Of a stretch of 64,000 bases of DNA, positions 27,578 to 37,156 are shown piece after piece (the first letter of the stretch is position 1; every line of letters begins with the position of its first letter). Made by a program: the position numbers and the translations under genes. This stretch comes from Treponemataceae bacterium (GTDB lineage: Bacteria; Spirochaetota; Spirochaetia; Treponematales; Rectinemataceae): assembly GCA_963678065.2 (NCBI GenBank), contig CAXXVZ010000003.1:1408001-1472000 (forward strand). Reading direction: 5' to 3'. A model generated the notes under the pieces. It worked only from the letters and a program-made list of their open reading frames with translations, did no database searches and was not told where the DNA came from.

Positions 27578-28867
27578 ATGAGGAAAAACAAGACCTTGCG
27601 AAAGTGTCTCATGGTGGCAGTATTGCTGGCAGCTGTTGCAGGCTCGCTTGTCGCACAGACCAAAGACCAACCCTATAAAGGAACGACGATCAACTTTATC
27701 GGGTTCGGAGCCGAGTGGACCAACAACATGGTCGCCAATCTCGATGACTTCAAGGCGAAAACCGGCATCGAAGTGAATTTCCAGCAGCTGGCCAACGACC
27801 AGCTCAGCAACAAGATCGCGATCAGTTCGGCAGCCAGAAGCAAGGATCTCGACGTAGTCGCGTACAGACCGCTGCAGGAAACCTTGCTCTTCTCCAAGAA
27901 CGGCTGGCTCGAACCGCTGGACGATTACATCGCCAAGACTCCCGATTTCGCCATCAACGACTTTTTCAAGGCCGGGCGCGACATCAGCCTGAACGGCAAC
28001 GGCAAGCTGGTCGGAATCCCTGTCATGACCGAAAGGGAAATCGTATTTTACAACAAGGAATTGTTCGCCAAGGCCGGCATCAAGATCCCCAAAACGCTCG
28101 ATGAGCTCATGGATGCCGCGAAAAAACTGAACGATCCTTCCAAGGGTATCGCAGGCATCGCTATCCGCGGCAAGGGTTCCGACGCTGTCACCCAGTTCTC
28201 CAGCTTCCTCCGTTCCTTCGGCGGCGACTTCATCAAGGACGGCAAGGCCGTCATCAACACTCCCCAGGCCATTCAGGCATTCCAGTACTACGGCGACCTG
28301 CTGAGGCTGTACGGTCCCCCCGGCGTCCTCAACATGGGCTGGACCGAGACACAGACCCTCTTCACCCAGGGAAGGGCCGCGATGAGAATCGACGCGGACA
28401 GCCAGTGGGGTTTCGCCTCGGAAAAGAAATCCTCGCTCATCTACGACAAAGTCGGCTACTTCACCTTCCCCGCCGGTCCTGCCGGCGCGGCTCCGTACAA
28501 TATCGTCGCCTGGGATCTCGGAATCAGCTCCTATTCGGCCAACAAGGGAGCGTGCTGGGAGTTCATCAAGTGGGTTATGGGCAAAGAGATGGATGTCAAG
28601 GCCCAGCTTCGCGGCAATCCGAGCACACGCACCTCCACATGGACCAATCCCGAGGCGAGCAAGAATTTCCCCGCCGAACTGGTCAAAGTCATCAACGAGA
28701 CGAATCCTCTGGGTGTGAGCACCGACAGGCCCTACATGATCAATGTCGGCGAGGCGCGGACAATAATCGGCACTGTCATCGTCGACGCCATCAACGGAAA
28801 GGATGTCGCGGCGTCGGCAAATAAGGCGAACATCGAATTCCAGAAACTGCTCGACAAGGAAAAATAA
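27578..28867 (+). CDS. CUT1 ABC solute-binding protein
   Basis: Signal peptide; FYNKELF...PKTLDEL, F.QGRAAM. Confidence 0.9.
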   Translation: MRKNKTLRKCLMVAVLLAAVAGSLVAQTKDQPYKGTTINFIGFGAEWTNNMVANLDDFKAKTGIEVNFQQLANDQLSNKIAISSAARSKDLDVVAYRPLQETLLFSKNGWLEPLDDYIAKTPDFAINDFFKAGRDISLNGNGKLVGIPVMTEREIVFYNKELFAKAGIKIPKTLDELMDAAKKLNDPSKGIAGIAIRGKGSDAVTQFSSFLRSFGGDFIKDGKAVINTPQAIQAFQYYGDLLRLYGPPGVLNMGWTETQTLFTQGRAAMRIDADSQWGFASEKKSSLIYDKVGYFTFPAGPAGAAPYNIVAWDLGISSYSANKGACWEFIKWVMGKEMDVKAQLRGNPSTRTSTWTNPEASKNFPAELVKVINETNPLGVSTDRPYMINVGEARTIIGTVIVDAINGKDVAASANKANIEFQKLLDKEK

Positions 28868-28894
28868 TCAGGCCCGACAAGGAATGTCTTTAGT

Positions 28895-28931
28895 AGTGTT
28901 GCGGTTCCGTTTCGCGCGGGGCCGCAACACT
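28895..28931 (+). terminator. Stem-loop after SBP gene
   Basis: AGTGTTGCGG...CCGCAACACT perfect 10-bp stem, extendable with G-U pairs. Confidence 0.55.
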
Positions 28932-28963
28932 GTCATATCACGACTGACACGAGGGTACGAAAC

Positions 28964-29845
28964 TTGATTTTGAAATGGATCGACAGGAACCTCAAATACA
29001 TATTCACGTTGCCCACGGTTTTTTTTGTGTTGGCGATGATTCTGTTTCCCTTGTTGTACACATTCAGGCTGAGTTTTTTCGAATGGGGCATGTCCAACAA
29101 TATTCCGCTGAAATGGGTGGGCTTCGGCAATTTCATCTCATTGTTCACCGATGAAAGATTCATTTCGGCATTTTTCAGGACATTCATTTTTTCCGGCGGC
29201 GCACTCGTCGTCGAAGTGCTCCTCGGCGTCTCGATAGCCCTTTTCCTCAACAGGGATTTCATGGGGAAATCCGCTGTGAAGACACTGTTCCTGTTGCCTA
29301 TGGTCGCAACGCCTGTAGCCATCGGCCTCGTGTGGACCCTGATCTATGAGCCGACGATCGGCATCGCGAATCTGGTGCTCGCCAAATTCGGCGCCGCCCC
29401 CCTCATCTGGCTCGGCGCGGAAAAGACAGCCCTTGTTTCGCTCATCATCATCGATATCTGGCAGTGGACTCCCATGATAATGCTCATCACCCTCGCAGGA
29501 ATCACTTCCCTGCCGGCCGAACCTTTTGAATCGGCGCTCGTCGACGGAGCCTCGAAGGTGCAGATGCTCTTCAAGATAACGCTTCCGCTCCTCCGCTCCA
29601 CGATTCTCGTGGCGATACTGCTCAGGCTGATAGATGTGCTGAAAACCTTCGATATCATCTACTCGACGACGCAGGGCGGCCCCGGTTTCGCCACTGAAAC
29701 GATGAATATCCTGGCATTCAAGAATGCTTTCGAATATTTCCAGTTCGGAAAAGCTTCGGCGACATTGGTCATTTTCTTCATTATCGTTTTGTCTATCGCT
29801 GTTCTATTCGTAAAAATAAAGAACAGAGTGGAGATTGATAACTGA
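28964..29845 (+). CDS. CUT1 ABC permease
   Basis: WQWTP, FESALVDGAS, TQGGPG; TTG start. Confidence 0.9.
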   Translation: MILKWIDRNLKYIFTLPTVFFVLAMILFPLLYTFRLSFFEWGMSNNIPLKWVGFGNFISLFTDERFISAFFRTFIFSGGALVVEVLLGVSIALFLNRDFMGKSAVKTLFLLPMVATPVAIGLVWTLIYEPTIGIANLVLAKFGAAPLIWLGAEKTALVSLIIIDIWQWTPMIMLITLAGITSLPAEPFESALVDGASKVQMLFKITLPLLRSTILVAILLRLIDVLKTFDIIYSTTQGGPGFATETMNILAFKNAFEYFQFGKASATLVIFFIIVLSIAVLFVKIKNRVEIDN

Positions 29846-30675
29846 TGACGTACTCAAGAAAAACCGGAACGATGCTCTGGAGCATATTCTTCTACGTCGT
29901 GTTGGTCGCGATCCTGTTCTGCGCGATCTTTCCCTTTCTCTGGATGATCCTGGCATCGTTCAAGAACATGGTCGATCTGCTCAATACCAACAAGCTGTTC
30001 TCGTTCAAACCGACCTTCGACAATTATCTCGATGTCTTCGGCAAATACAAATTCCTGAAGCCCATGCTCAACAGCCTGTATATCGGATTGGCCTCGACGG
30101 GGCTGGCATTGTTTTTCGGCCTGCCGACGGCATATTCCATAGCCCGGGAAAAACAGACCATGCTGGCGTCCATCATCCTGATCATAAGGATCATACCGGC
30201 CATTACATTCCTGGTGCCCTGGTACATCCTTTTTATGAAAGTCAATCTGGTCGGCACCTATACGTCCCTCATCCTCGCCCACCTCCTCATAGCATTGCCG
30301 CTCATAATCTGGATAATGGTTCCCTACTTCGAATCCATGCCGAGAGAGCTCGAGCAGGCTGCCTGGGTGGACGGCTGTTCCAGGATCGGCACATTCATAC
30401 GGATCATGCTCCCCCTCTCCGCTCCCGGGGTCCTGACGGCGTCTCTGCTGGCCTTCATTTTTTCCTGGAACAACTTCATCTTCGCCCTCGTGCTGTGCAA
30501 CAACAAGACTAAAACCATTCCTACAGCTGTTTTCAACTTCATCTCCTACACCGAAATAAACTGGTCGGGTCTGATGGCCGCAGCAGTCGCGATCACCGCG
30601 CCGATCCTCCTCATCTCCCTCGGGCTGCAGAAATACATCATCAAGGGCATGACTGCCGGCGCTGTAAAAGGATGA
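29845..30675 (+). CDS. CUT1 ABC permease
   Basis: ELEQAAWVDG, SWNNF, GAVKG end. Confidence 0.9.
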   Translation: MTYSRKTGTMLWSIFFYVVLVAILFCAIFPFLWMILASFKNMVDLLNTNKLFSFKPTFDNYLDVFGKYKFLKPMLNSLYIGLASTGLALFFGLPTAYSIAREKQTMLASIILIIRIIPAITFLVPWYILFMKVNLVGTYTSLILAHLLIALPLIIWIMVPYFESMPRELEQAAWVDGCSRIGTFIRIMLPLSAPGVLTASLLAFIFSWNNFIFALVLCNNKTKTIPTAVFNFISYTEINWSGLMAAAVAITAPILLISLGLQKYIIKGMTAGAVKG

Positions 30676-30705
30676 GGCCCGGTCCGACAATTCGAGGCGG
30701 AATAC

Positions 30706-32385
30706 ATGGAAGCAAGACCTGATTCGCGCAGTCAGCGCGTGACGTCGAGACCGCTGTGGTCCAATGTGAGGGCTCTGTATAAATCGATGGGGTACAGCGA
30801 TTACGATCTCGAAAGGCCCCTCATCGGCATAGCCAATTCGTGGAACCGCGCGACGCCTGGGCATTACAACCTGAATGCGGTATCCGAATACGTGAAGCAG
30901 GGTATCCTCCAGGCGGGAGGAACTCCGGTCGAATTCGGCATCATCGGACCATGCGACGGCGTGGGAGTCGGGAACGTGGGAATGAATTACATCCTTCCTG
31001 CGCGCGACATCATCGCCAACGAAGTCGAGATAATGGTCCAGGCCCACCGTCTGGACGCGGTCGTCCTTCTGGGTTCATGCGACAAGATAGTCCCCGGGCT
31101 TCTGATGGCCGCTGCCCGCCTCGACCTTCCGGCCATTCTTGTCGTCGGCGGCCCCATGTTGGGAGGAATCGAATTCGATGGCAGGTCCTCCGACAACTCA
31201 TCCATCGCCGAAGCCCTCGGCATGCTCCAGGAAGGCCGAATCACTCAGAAGGAATACGATATTCTGGAAGACAAATCGATGCCGTGCTGCGGTTCCTGCT
31301 CATTTTTGGGGACAGCCAACACGATGGCTGCGGTGACCGAGGCGCTGGGCATGTGTCTGCCGGGCAGCGCCGCGATTCCGGCCGTCATGGCGGACCGTCT
31401 CCGCGCCGCCCAGGCCTCGGGACGCAGGATCGTCGACATGGTGGAGAAGAACCTGACGGCCCGCAGGATCATCAATAAAGAAGGCCTGGAAAATGCGTTG
31501 CGACTCGGGATGGCGATTGGCGGCTCGACGAATCTCGCCCTCCACATTCCGGCGATCGCCTACGAAGCGGAATGCGATGTTTCTCTCGCGACGATAGATG
31601 CCGTCTCCCGTTCCACGCCGCATATCGCGAGGATTTATCCGGCGGGAACATGCAATGTCCCCGATTTTCATGCCGCGGGCGGCGTCCCGGCCGTCATGAA
31701 GCAACTTGAACCCATTCTGAATCTCGACGCTGTGACCTGCGCAGGCAAAAGCTGGCGCGAGGTGCTGAAGGACTTGCCCGCGGTCGAGAACGAGGTTATC
31801 CGTCCTTTCGGCAATCCCTGGCATCCCTGGGGCAGCCTCGGCATACTGAGAGGGAATTTGGCTCCTTCGGGCGCCGTCACGAAGCCTATCGCCATAGACG
31901 AAAGCATGCGGGTCTTCCGCGGAACAGCCGCCTGCTTTGACTCCGAAGAAGAAGCGACGGAAGCCTTGCAGGCAGGCCGGGTAAAAGCCGGAATGGTGCT
32001 CGTGATCAGGTACGAGGGCCCCAAGGGCGGCCCCGGCATGCGCGAAATGGCGCGGCTCATGAAAATGCTGTATGGGCACAACCTGGCCTTGACGACAGCT
32101 GTCGTCACCGACGGTCGGTTTTCCGGCACCAACAACGGCTGTTTTGTCGGGCATATTTCCCCCGAAGCTTCCGAGGGCGGCCCGATAGCCGCGGTGAAAG
32201 ACGGCGACACTATCCGCATCGACATCACCGCGGGGACCCTGACGCTGGACGTCTCCGACGAGGAGATCCGGAATCGTCTTTCCACCTTGAAAAAACCGGT
32301 CAAGGACATACCGCGCGGCTACCTCAATGTCTATGCGCGCCTCGCTGAATCGGCCGACAAAGGGGCCATAATCCGGAACCGGTAG
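30706..32385 (+). CDS. IlvD/Edd-family dehydratase, probably acting on a sugar acid
   Basis: PCDG, CDKIVPG, GSCSFLGTANTM, GGSTN, YEGPKGGPGMREM, TDGRFSG. Confidence 0.88.
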   Translation: MEARPDSRSQRVTSRPLWSNVRALYKSMGYSDYDLERPLIGIANSWNRATPGHYNLNAVSEYVKQGILQAGGTPVEFGIIGPCDGVGVGNVGMNYILPARDIIANEVEIMVQAHRLDAVVLLGSCDKIVPGLLMAAARLDLPAILVVGGPMLGGIEFDGRSSDNSSIAEALGMLQEGRITQKEYDILEDKSMPCCGSCSFLGTANTMAAVTEALGMCLPGSAAIPAVMADRLRAAQASGRRIVDMVEKNLTARRIINKEGLENALRLGMAIGGSTNLALHIPAIAYEAECDVSLATIDAVSRSTPHIARIYPAGTCNVPDFHAAGGVPAVMKQLEPILNLDAVTCAGKSWREVLKDLPAVENEVIRPFGNPWHPWGSLGILRGNLAPSGAVTKPIAIDESMRVFRGTAACFDSEEEATEALQAGRVKAGMVLVIRYEGPKGGPGMREMARLMKMLYGHNLALTTAVVTDGRFSGTNNGCFVGHISPEASEGGPIAAVKDGDTIRIDITAGTLTLDVSDEEIRNRLSTLKKPVKDIPRGYLNVYARLAESADKGAIIRNR

Positions 32386-32434
32386 GGTCGCCGGATCGTG
32401 GAATCATACACAACAATGCAGAAGGACATCTGAC

Positions 32435-33394
32435 ATGAAAGACAAAGTGCTCGTCACCGCCACCAATTATTCGAAGTACTGCGCCCGCGCAAAAGCCCTG
32501 CTGGAGAGTCGCGGCTTCGAGATCATCGAGAATGAGTTCGGAAGACCCATGACCTTCGATGAGCTCAAAGTCCGGATTCCGGAAGTCTGCGGCGTGGTCG
32601 TCGGCGTCGATACATGGAACGAAGAAGTTTTCAGGCTGGCGCCCAAGCTCAAAGTGATGGGGCGTTTCGGCATCGGCGTCGACAACATCGATCTGGCCGC
32701 GGCCAAGAGGCACGGCATCAAGGTCATGAACGCGCGCGGCATCAACGCGGATTCGGTCGCGGAATACGCGGTCGCCCTGATGCTCGCGACGCTGCGGAGC
32801 ATTGTCAGGATCGATCGCTCGACGCGGGGCGGACAGTGGGAAAGAAGCATGGGGCACACGATCAGGGGCAAAAAAGTGGGATTCGTCGGATTCGGCGCCA
32901 TCTCTCAGTACACCGCGAAACTGCTGTCCGGCTTTGGGGCCGAACTGTATGCCTTCGATATGTACCCGAACAAGGAAGCGGCGGTCCGTCTCAACGTGAC
33001 CATCACCGACTTCGATGCGATAATCCGGGATTGCGACATCATCAGCCTCCACGTTCCCGGCAGCCCGGAAACGACAAGGCTCATCGGCAAAAAGCAATTC
33101 GACGCGATGAAGCGCAATGCCATTCTGATCAACACAGCCAGAGGCCAGGTAGTCGATGAGAAGGCGCTATGTGAGGCTCTGAAAGAGGGGCGGATCGCCG
33201 GTGCGGGGCTCGACGTGTACGAATCCGAGCCGACGAACAAGTCGAACCCTCTTTTCGCGCTGGACAACGTCGTCGTCGGGCCGCACACGGCCGCGGAGAC
33301 CTACGAGACCTACGACGCTGTCAGCGTGGCCACGGCAGAGGCGATACTCGACGTCATGGCGGGGAAGGATCCTCAGAACTGGCTCAATCCCTAA
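32435..33394 (+). CDS. D-isomer-specific 2-hydroxyacid dehydrogenase (phosphoglycerate-DH-like)
   Basis: G.GVDNID, GFGAI, INTARG, LDVYESEP, PHTA. Confidence 0.9.
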   Translation: MKDKVLVTATNYSKYCARAKALLESRGFEIIENEFGRPMTFDELKVRIPEVCGVVVGVDTWNEEVFRLAPKLKVMGRFGIGVDNIDLAAAKRHGIKVMNARGINADSVAEYAVALMLATLRSIVRIDRSTRGGQWERSMGHTIRGKKVGFVGFGAISQYTAKLLSGFGAELYAFDMYPNKEAAVRLNVTITDFDAIIRDCDIISLHVPGSPETTRLIGKKQFDAMKRNAILINTARGQVVDEKALCEALKEGRIAGAGLDVYESEPTNKSNPLFALDNVVVGPHTAAETYETYDAVSVATAEAILDVMAGKDPQNWLNP

Positions 33395-33416
33395 GAGGTA
33401 TGGCCCCGCCTGCGAG

Positions 33417-34310
33417 TCAGTACAGAGTCAGGCACTTCTTGAATTCTTCGGAGAAAACCGCGAGCTCATCGGCCGGGATGTCCAGAAGGGGTTTCCGCAT
33501 GTGGCCCATGTCGAGACCCCTTATCTTGAGCCCTTCCTTGAAATACGACATGTTCGAGCCGCATTTTATCGTCTCGGCGCCGAATGTCGCCTTCTTCTGC
33601 CACGCGGCGGCTTCGTCGAATTTTCCTGCCGTGTAGGCTTTGTAGACATTGGAAAAAAGCTCCGGGAAAACGCTCGAACAGCCGGACACGATGCCGTCGC
33701 AGCCGAGCATCAGGGCGGCGAACATCAGCGTGTCGGCTCCCTGCACGACGGAGAAATTGTTGTTGTTGATCCGGGTGTAGTGGACGGTCCTGTTCATGTC
33801 CGCCAGGCTGTATTTGATGCCGATCACGTTCGGAGCCCGTTTCACGATCCTCTCGACAACCTCGGGCTTCAGATCATTGCCGGAGAGCTGGGGGATATTG
33901 TACGTGTATACGGGAAAATCCTCGGGCAGGCTTTTCGCGACCGCCACATAGTACTCCTCCATCTCGCGGTCGTTGACCTTGAAGTAACTCGGAGAGACGA
34001 CGCCGACGCCATCGGCGCCGATCTCGTGCGCGTGGCGGGCGAGCGCGATCGTATCGGCCTGGGACATGGCTCCGACATGTATGTAGGCTGTCCGCCTTTT
34101 TTGGTTCCGGGACACGACAGTTTCCGCCACCAGCTTCCGCTCTTCGACCGACATCAGGTACATCTCTCCGGTCGTGCCGAGAGGATACAGGCAGTTGACT
34201 CCGCCTTCGATCAGAAAATCGACATGCCTTTTGATGGCAGCCGTGTCCACTCTGTCATTTTTGTCAAAAGGTGTGACCATCGCGGTGATTACGCCATGAA
34301 GTTTCTTCAT
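33417..34310 (-). CDS. DHDPS-family class I aldolase/lyase
   Basis: TAMVTPF, GTTGE, YNIPQ, GIKYS. Confidence 0.88.
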   Translation of the reverse strand: MKKLHGVITAMVTPFDKNDRVDTAAIKRHVDFLIEGGVNCLYPLGTTGEMYLMSVEERKLVAETVVSRNQKRRTAYIHVGAMSQADTIALARHAHEIGADGVGVVSPSYFKVNDREMEEYYVAVAKSLPEDFPVYTYNIPQLSGNDLKPEVVERIVKRAPNVIGIKYSLADMNRTVHYTRINNNNFSVVQGADTLMFAALMLGCDGIVSGCSSVFPELFSNVYKAYTAGKFDEAAAWQKKATFGAETIKCGSNMSYFKEGLKIRGLDMGHMRKPLLDIPADELAVFSEEFKKCLTLY

Positions 34311-35362
34311 AATTCCATCCTCTCCTTCGCTTGTTCGGAGGAAATAAGTCTGACGCTCTCGCGGACGATCAGCATGCCTCCGACCAGCACTTTCTCCGGC
34401 ATGGTGTTCGGATCGCCGGTTATTCTTTCGATCAGGTGCTGCATCGCCCTCCTGCCGATCTGATGCTTGGAGACCCTGATGCTTGTGAGCGGAGGCTCCG
34501 TGATGGCGCTCGAAGGCAAGTCATCGAAGCCTATGATCGACACATCCTCCGGGATGCGGTAGTTCATATTTTTCAGGGCTTTCATGCACCCATAAGCGAT
34601 GATGTCGTTGACGCAAAAAAGCGCTGTCGGAGGTTTTTGCCCCGCAGACAGAAGCCTGGTCATGTCGGCGAACGACTGCTCGAAGGTAGAATCCACGGGA
34701 AAAACAAATTCTTCCCGCACGGGAATGGAAAAATAATTCATCGCTTCCCGGAAGTCGGTTTCCCGCACTTTCAGATTTCGCGTTTCGTAAGTGCTCTTCG
34801 CGATACCGATATCGCGATGGCCAAAACGGTAAAAATGCTCGACGATTTTATAAATTTCATCCGTATTGCTCATATTGATGCAGTCGAAGGAAGAAAACGG
34901 ATTGAAAGTGTCTATGAACACGAGGGGCAGAGTCAGCTTGTTGAATTGATCCATGTCATCGAAATCGAGTTCGGTACCGAGAACGACGATGCCGCTTATC
35001 GCGGCGTCCTTCACGGACGCTATGATGTCGACGATGGACACTTTGTTGAAAAAGGCGACTTCGAGCTGATAGCCGTGACTTTTAGCCTGAATTTCCAGCC
35101 CTTCCAGATAATCGGCTATGAAGGCGTTGTGGCTGGAATTGACGATATGGCCGGTCTTGGCGATCTTCAGGACCCGGATCGTCATGTTCTCGGCCCGTTT
35201 CCTTTTATACCCGCTCACACCTTTGTAGCCGAGTTCATTGGCCATCGCGATGATTTTGTCCCGCAGCTCGGTGCTGACACCTTGCTTGTTGTTCAGCGCC
35301 AGAGAAATGGTTGCGGGCGATACATTCATCAATTTGGCTATATCGACAATTCGTGTTGCCAT
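34307..35362 (-). CDS. LacI-family transcriptional regulator
   Basis: IVDIAKLMNVSPATISLALN HTH; IPEDVSIIGFDD, PPLTSI. Confidence 0.92.
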   Translation of the reverse strand: MATRIVDIAKLMNVSPATISLALNNKQGVSTELRDKIIAMANELGYKGVSGYKRKRAENMTIRVLKIAKTGHIVNSSHNAFIADYLEGLEIQAKSHGYQLEVAFFNKVSIVDIIASVKDAAISGIVVLGTELDFDDMDQFNKLTLPLVFIDTFNPFSSFDCINMSNTDEIYKIVEHFYRFGHRDIGIAKSTYETRNLKVRETDFREAMNYFSIPVREEFVFPVDSTFEQSFADMTRLLSAGQKPPTALFCVNDIIAYGCMKALKNMNYRIPEDVSIIGFDDLPSSAITEPPLTSIRVSKHQIGRRAMQHLIERITGDPNTMPEKVLVGGMLIVRESVRLISSEQAKERMEL

Positions 35363-35373
35363 GATTTTTGGAT

Positions 35374-35402
35374 ATCATAGACCTGCTTATTTGATCTGTC
35401 AA
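35374..35402 (-). promoter_or_regulatory. Sigma70 promoter of the LacI gene, near-leaderless
   Basis: TTGACA-17 bp-TATGAT, 11 nt before the ATG, no SD. Confidence 0.7.
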
Positions 35403-35509
35403 TCATTACTTAATTTTAGATTTTTTTTAGTATTTTTCAGTTCAACGACAATGAACGGACCCCGGAGCACTGCTCCGAGGTATCGTTCGTTCTGTAAGGA
35501 ATGGGTTGT

Positions 35510-35553
35510 ATGCGGGTCCATACCCGACAGAGCTTCGGGGTATGGACCCGCAT
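35510..35553. repeat. REPIN-like 16-bp perfect inverted repeat
   Basis: ATGCGGGTCCATACCC-N12-GGGTATGGACCCGCAT; the left unit contains the internal hairpin CGGGT-CCAT-ACCCG. Confidence 0.7.
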
Positions 35554-35848
35554 GCGAATCATAAGCGGCACAGCCGAAGGCGCCGAGGATGGCAAAAACA
35601 GTCTTCCGGTGAGTCGACGGCACGAAGCGGGATCACCGCGGACCGGCGCAATCCCATTCTTCAAAAGAGTGCCGCGAAGATCCCAACTAGTCAGAGATTA
35701 TTTTGTTAGTATTAATTAGTGAATTTTCCACACAGATCGTAGAATAGTGAAGAATCGAGCGAGAATAATGCAGAGACAGCGGGACAGGATCGTCATAGAA
35801 TCTGTTTGAACGATGCGGCCGGCACGTTTTCGGAACAAAGGAGAACAC

Positions 35849-37156
35849 ATGGGCACCAATTCTTCGGATTTTCGATATAATACGGGCGCAACCAGAGTAC
35901 CCTGGGCCGCCGTCGGCGAATCATACAATGCGGACGATGTCATGGAAGTCGTGGAATTCCTCGTCCAGGGCGATGGGACTGAGTACCGCGAGGCTCTCGG
36001 CGACGTGGCGAAGGCCGTGCATGCTCTGGGGAAGCTGGGAAATCCTCCCGGAAAACTGTCTCTCGGGAACACAGTCTCTGCGCTCGAGCGGCACGTTGAC
36101 CAGTACCTCGGCGTGCAGGGGAGCACCTTCATCACGAACGCGACGGCGGGCTTTGAGATCGCCTTCCGCTACGCCAACCTGAAAGAGGGCGACGAAGTGA
36201 TCATCCCGGCGATCACCTTCATCGCGACCATGTCGTATCCGCTCTCCGTGGGGGCGAAGGTCGTTCTCGCCGATGTCGATCCGAAGACGCTCAACCTCGA
36301 TCCCGCAGACGTCGAGAGGAAGATCACGAGCCGCACGAAGATGATCGTGCCCGTCCACATCGGCGGGTATCCGGTGGACATGGACCCGATCATGGAAATC
36401 GCCAGGAAACACGACATCCTTGTCCTGGAAGACGCCGCCCATGGCTTCGGGGCCACCTACAAGGGCCGGCCTCTGGGAACCATCGGCCATTTCGGCGCCT
36501 TCAGCTTCCACGAAGTGAAAAACATCACCTCCTTCGGGGAGGGCGGAGTCCTCGTCTCCAGCCTGCCCTTCCGGGACGAACTGAAAAAGGCGAGATTCCT
36601 CGGCCTCAACATGGCCCGCCAGATTCCCGACTGGCTCTACGATGTCGATGCGCTCGAGGGGAAATACGGGCCTTTCGTCGCGAACAATTCCTCCAGCACC
36701 GAGATGCAGGCCCTCGGGCTCATAAGCCAGCTCAGGCGGGTCGACAGAATCATCGCGAAGCGCCGCGACAACGTGCTGTATGTGAACGGACGGCTCGGAA
36801 AATGCGATGCGCTCCGGGTGCAGCCCGTCGGCGCCGAGGGGTGCAACCCGTCCTACCACCTGTATCTTCTCCAGGTGGATCCTCGGGCGGCCGGGGCGGA
36901 TGTCAGGGTCCTCCGTCAGAAACTGGCGGACAAGGGCGTAACTTCGATCCCTCACTTCGCGCCCCTGTACAAATTCGCGGTGATGAAGCAGCTCGGCTAC
37001 GACTGCGAAGGAATCGCCGCCTCCTGCCCCGTCGCTGAGGACGCCTTCCTGCACCGTTTCACGCACCTGCCGATCTACGGCCTCTCCACGGAGCAGCTCG
37101 ACTACATGTGCGATGCGATCCTGGAATCGGTCGACGAAATGCGGGCGGAAAAATGA
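35849..37156 (+). CDS. DegT/DnrJ/EryC1/StrS-family sugar aminotransferase
   Basis: TNATAG, GDEVIIPAITF, VHIGGYP, EDAAHG, FSFHEVK (PLP Lys)..GEGG; AAGGAG RBS. Confidence 0.9.
   Translation: MGTNSSDFRYNTGATRVPWAAVGESYNADDVMEVVEFLVQGDGTEYREALGDVAKAVHALGKLGNPPGKLSLGNTVSALERHVDQYLGVQGSTFITNATAGFEIAFRYANLKEGDEVIIPAITFIATMSYPLSVGAKVVLADVDPKTLNLDPADVERKITSRTKMIVPVHIGGYPVDMDPIMEIARKHDILVLEDAAHGFGATYKGRPLGTIGHFGAFSFHEVKNITSFGEGGVLVSSLPFRDELKKARFLGLNMARQIPDWLYDVDALEGKYGPFVANNSSSTEMQALGLISQLRRVDRIIAKRRDNVLYVNGRLGKCDALRVQPVGAEGCNPSYHLYLLQVDPRAAGADVRVLRQKLADKGVTSIPHFAPLYKFAVMKQLGYDCEGIAASCPVAEDAFLHRFTHLPIYGLSTEQLDYMCDAILESVDEMRAEK

Noticed and set aside
33417..34310. Housekeeping dapA linked to lysA
   Set aside because: Context is a LacI-associated sugar-acid cluster 18 kb from lysA; better read as a catabolic aldolase
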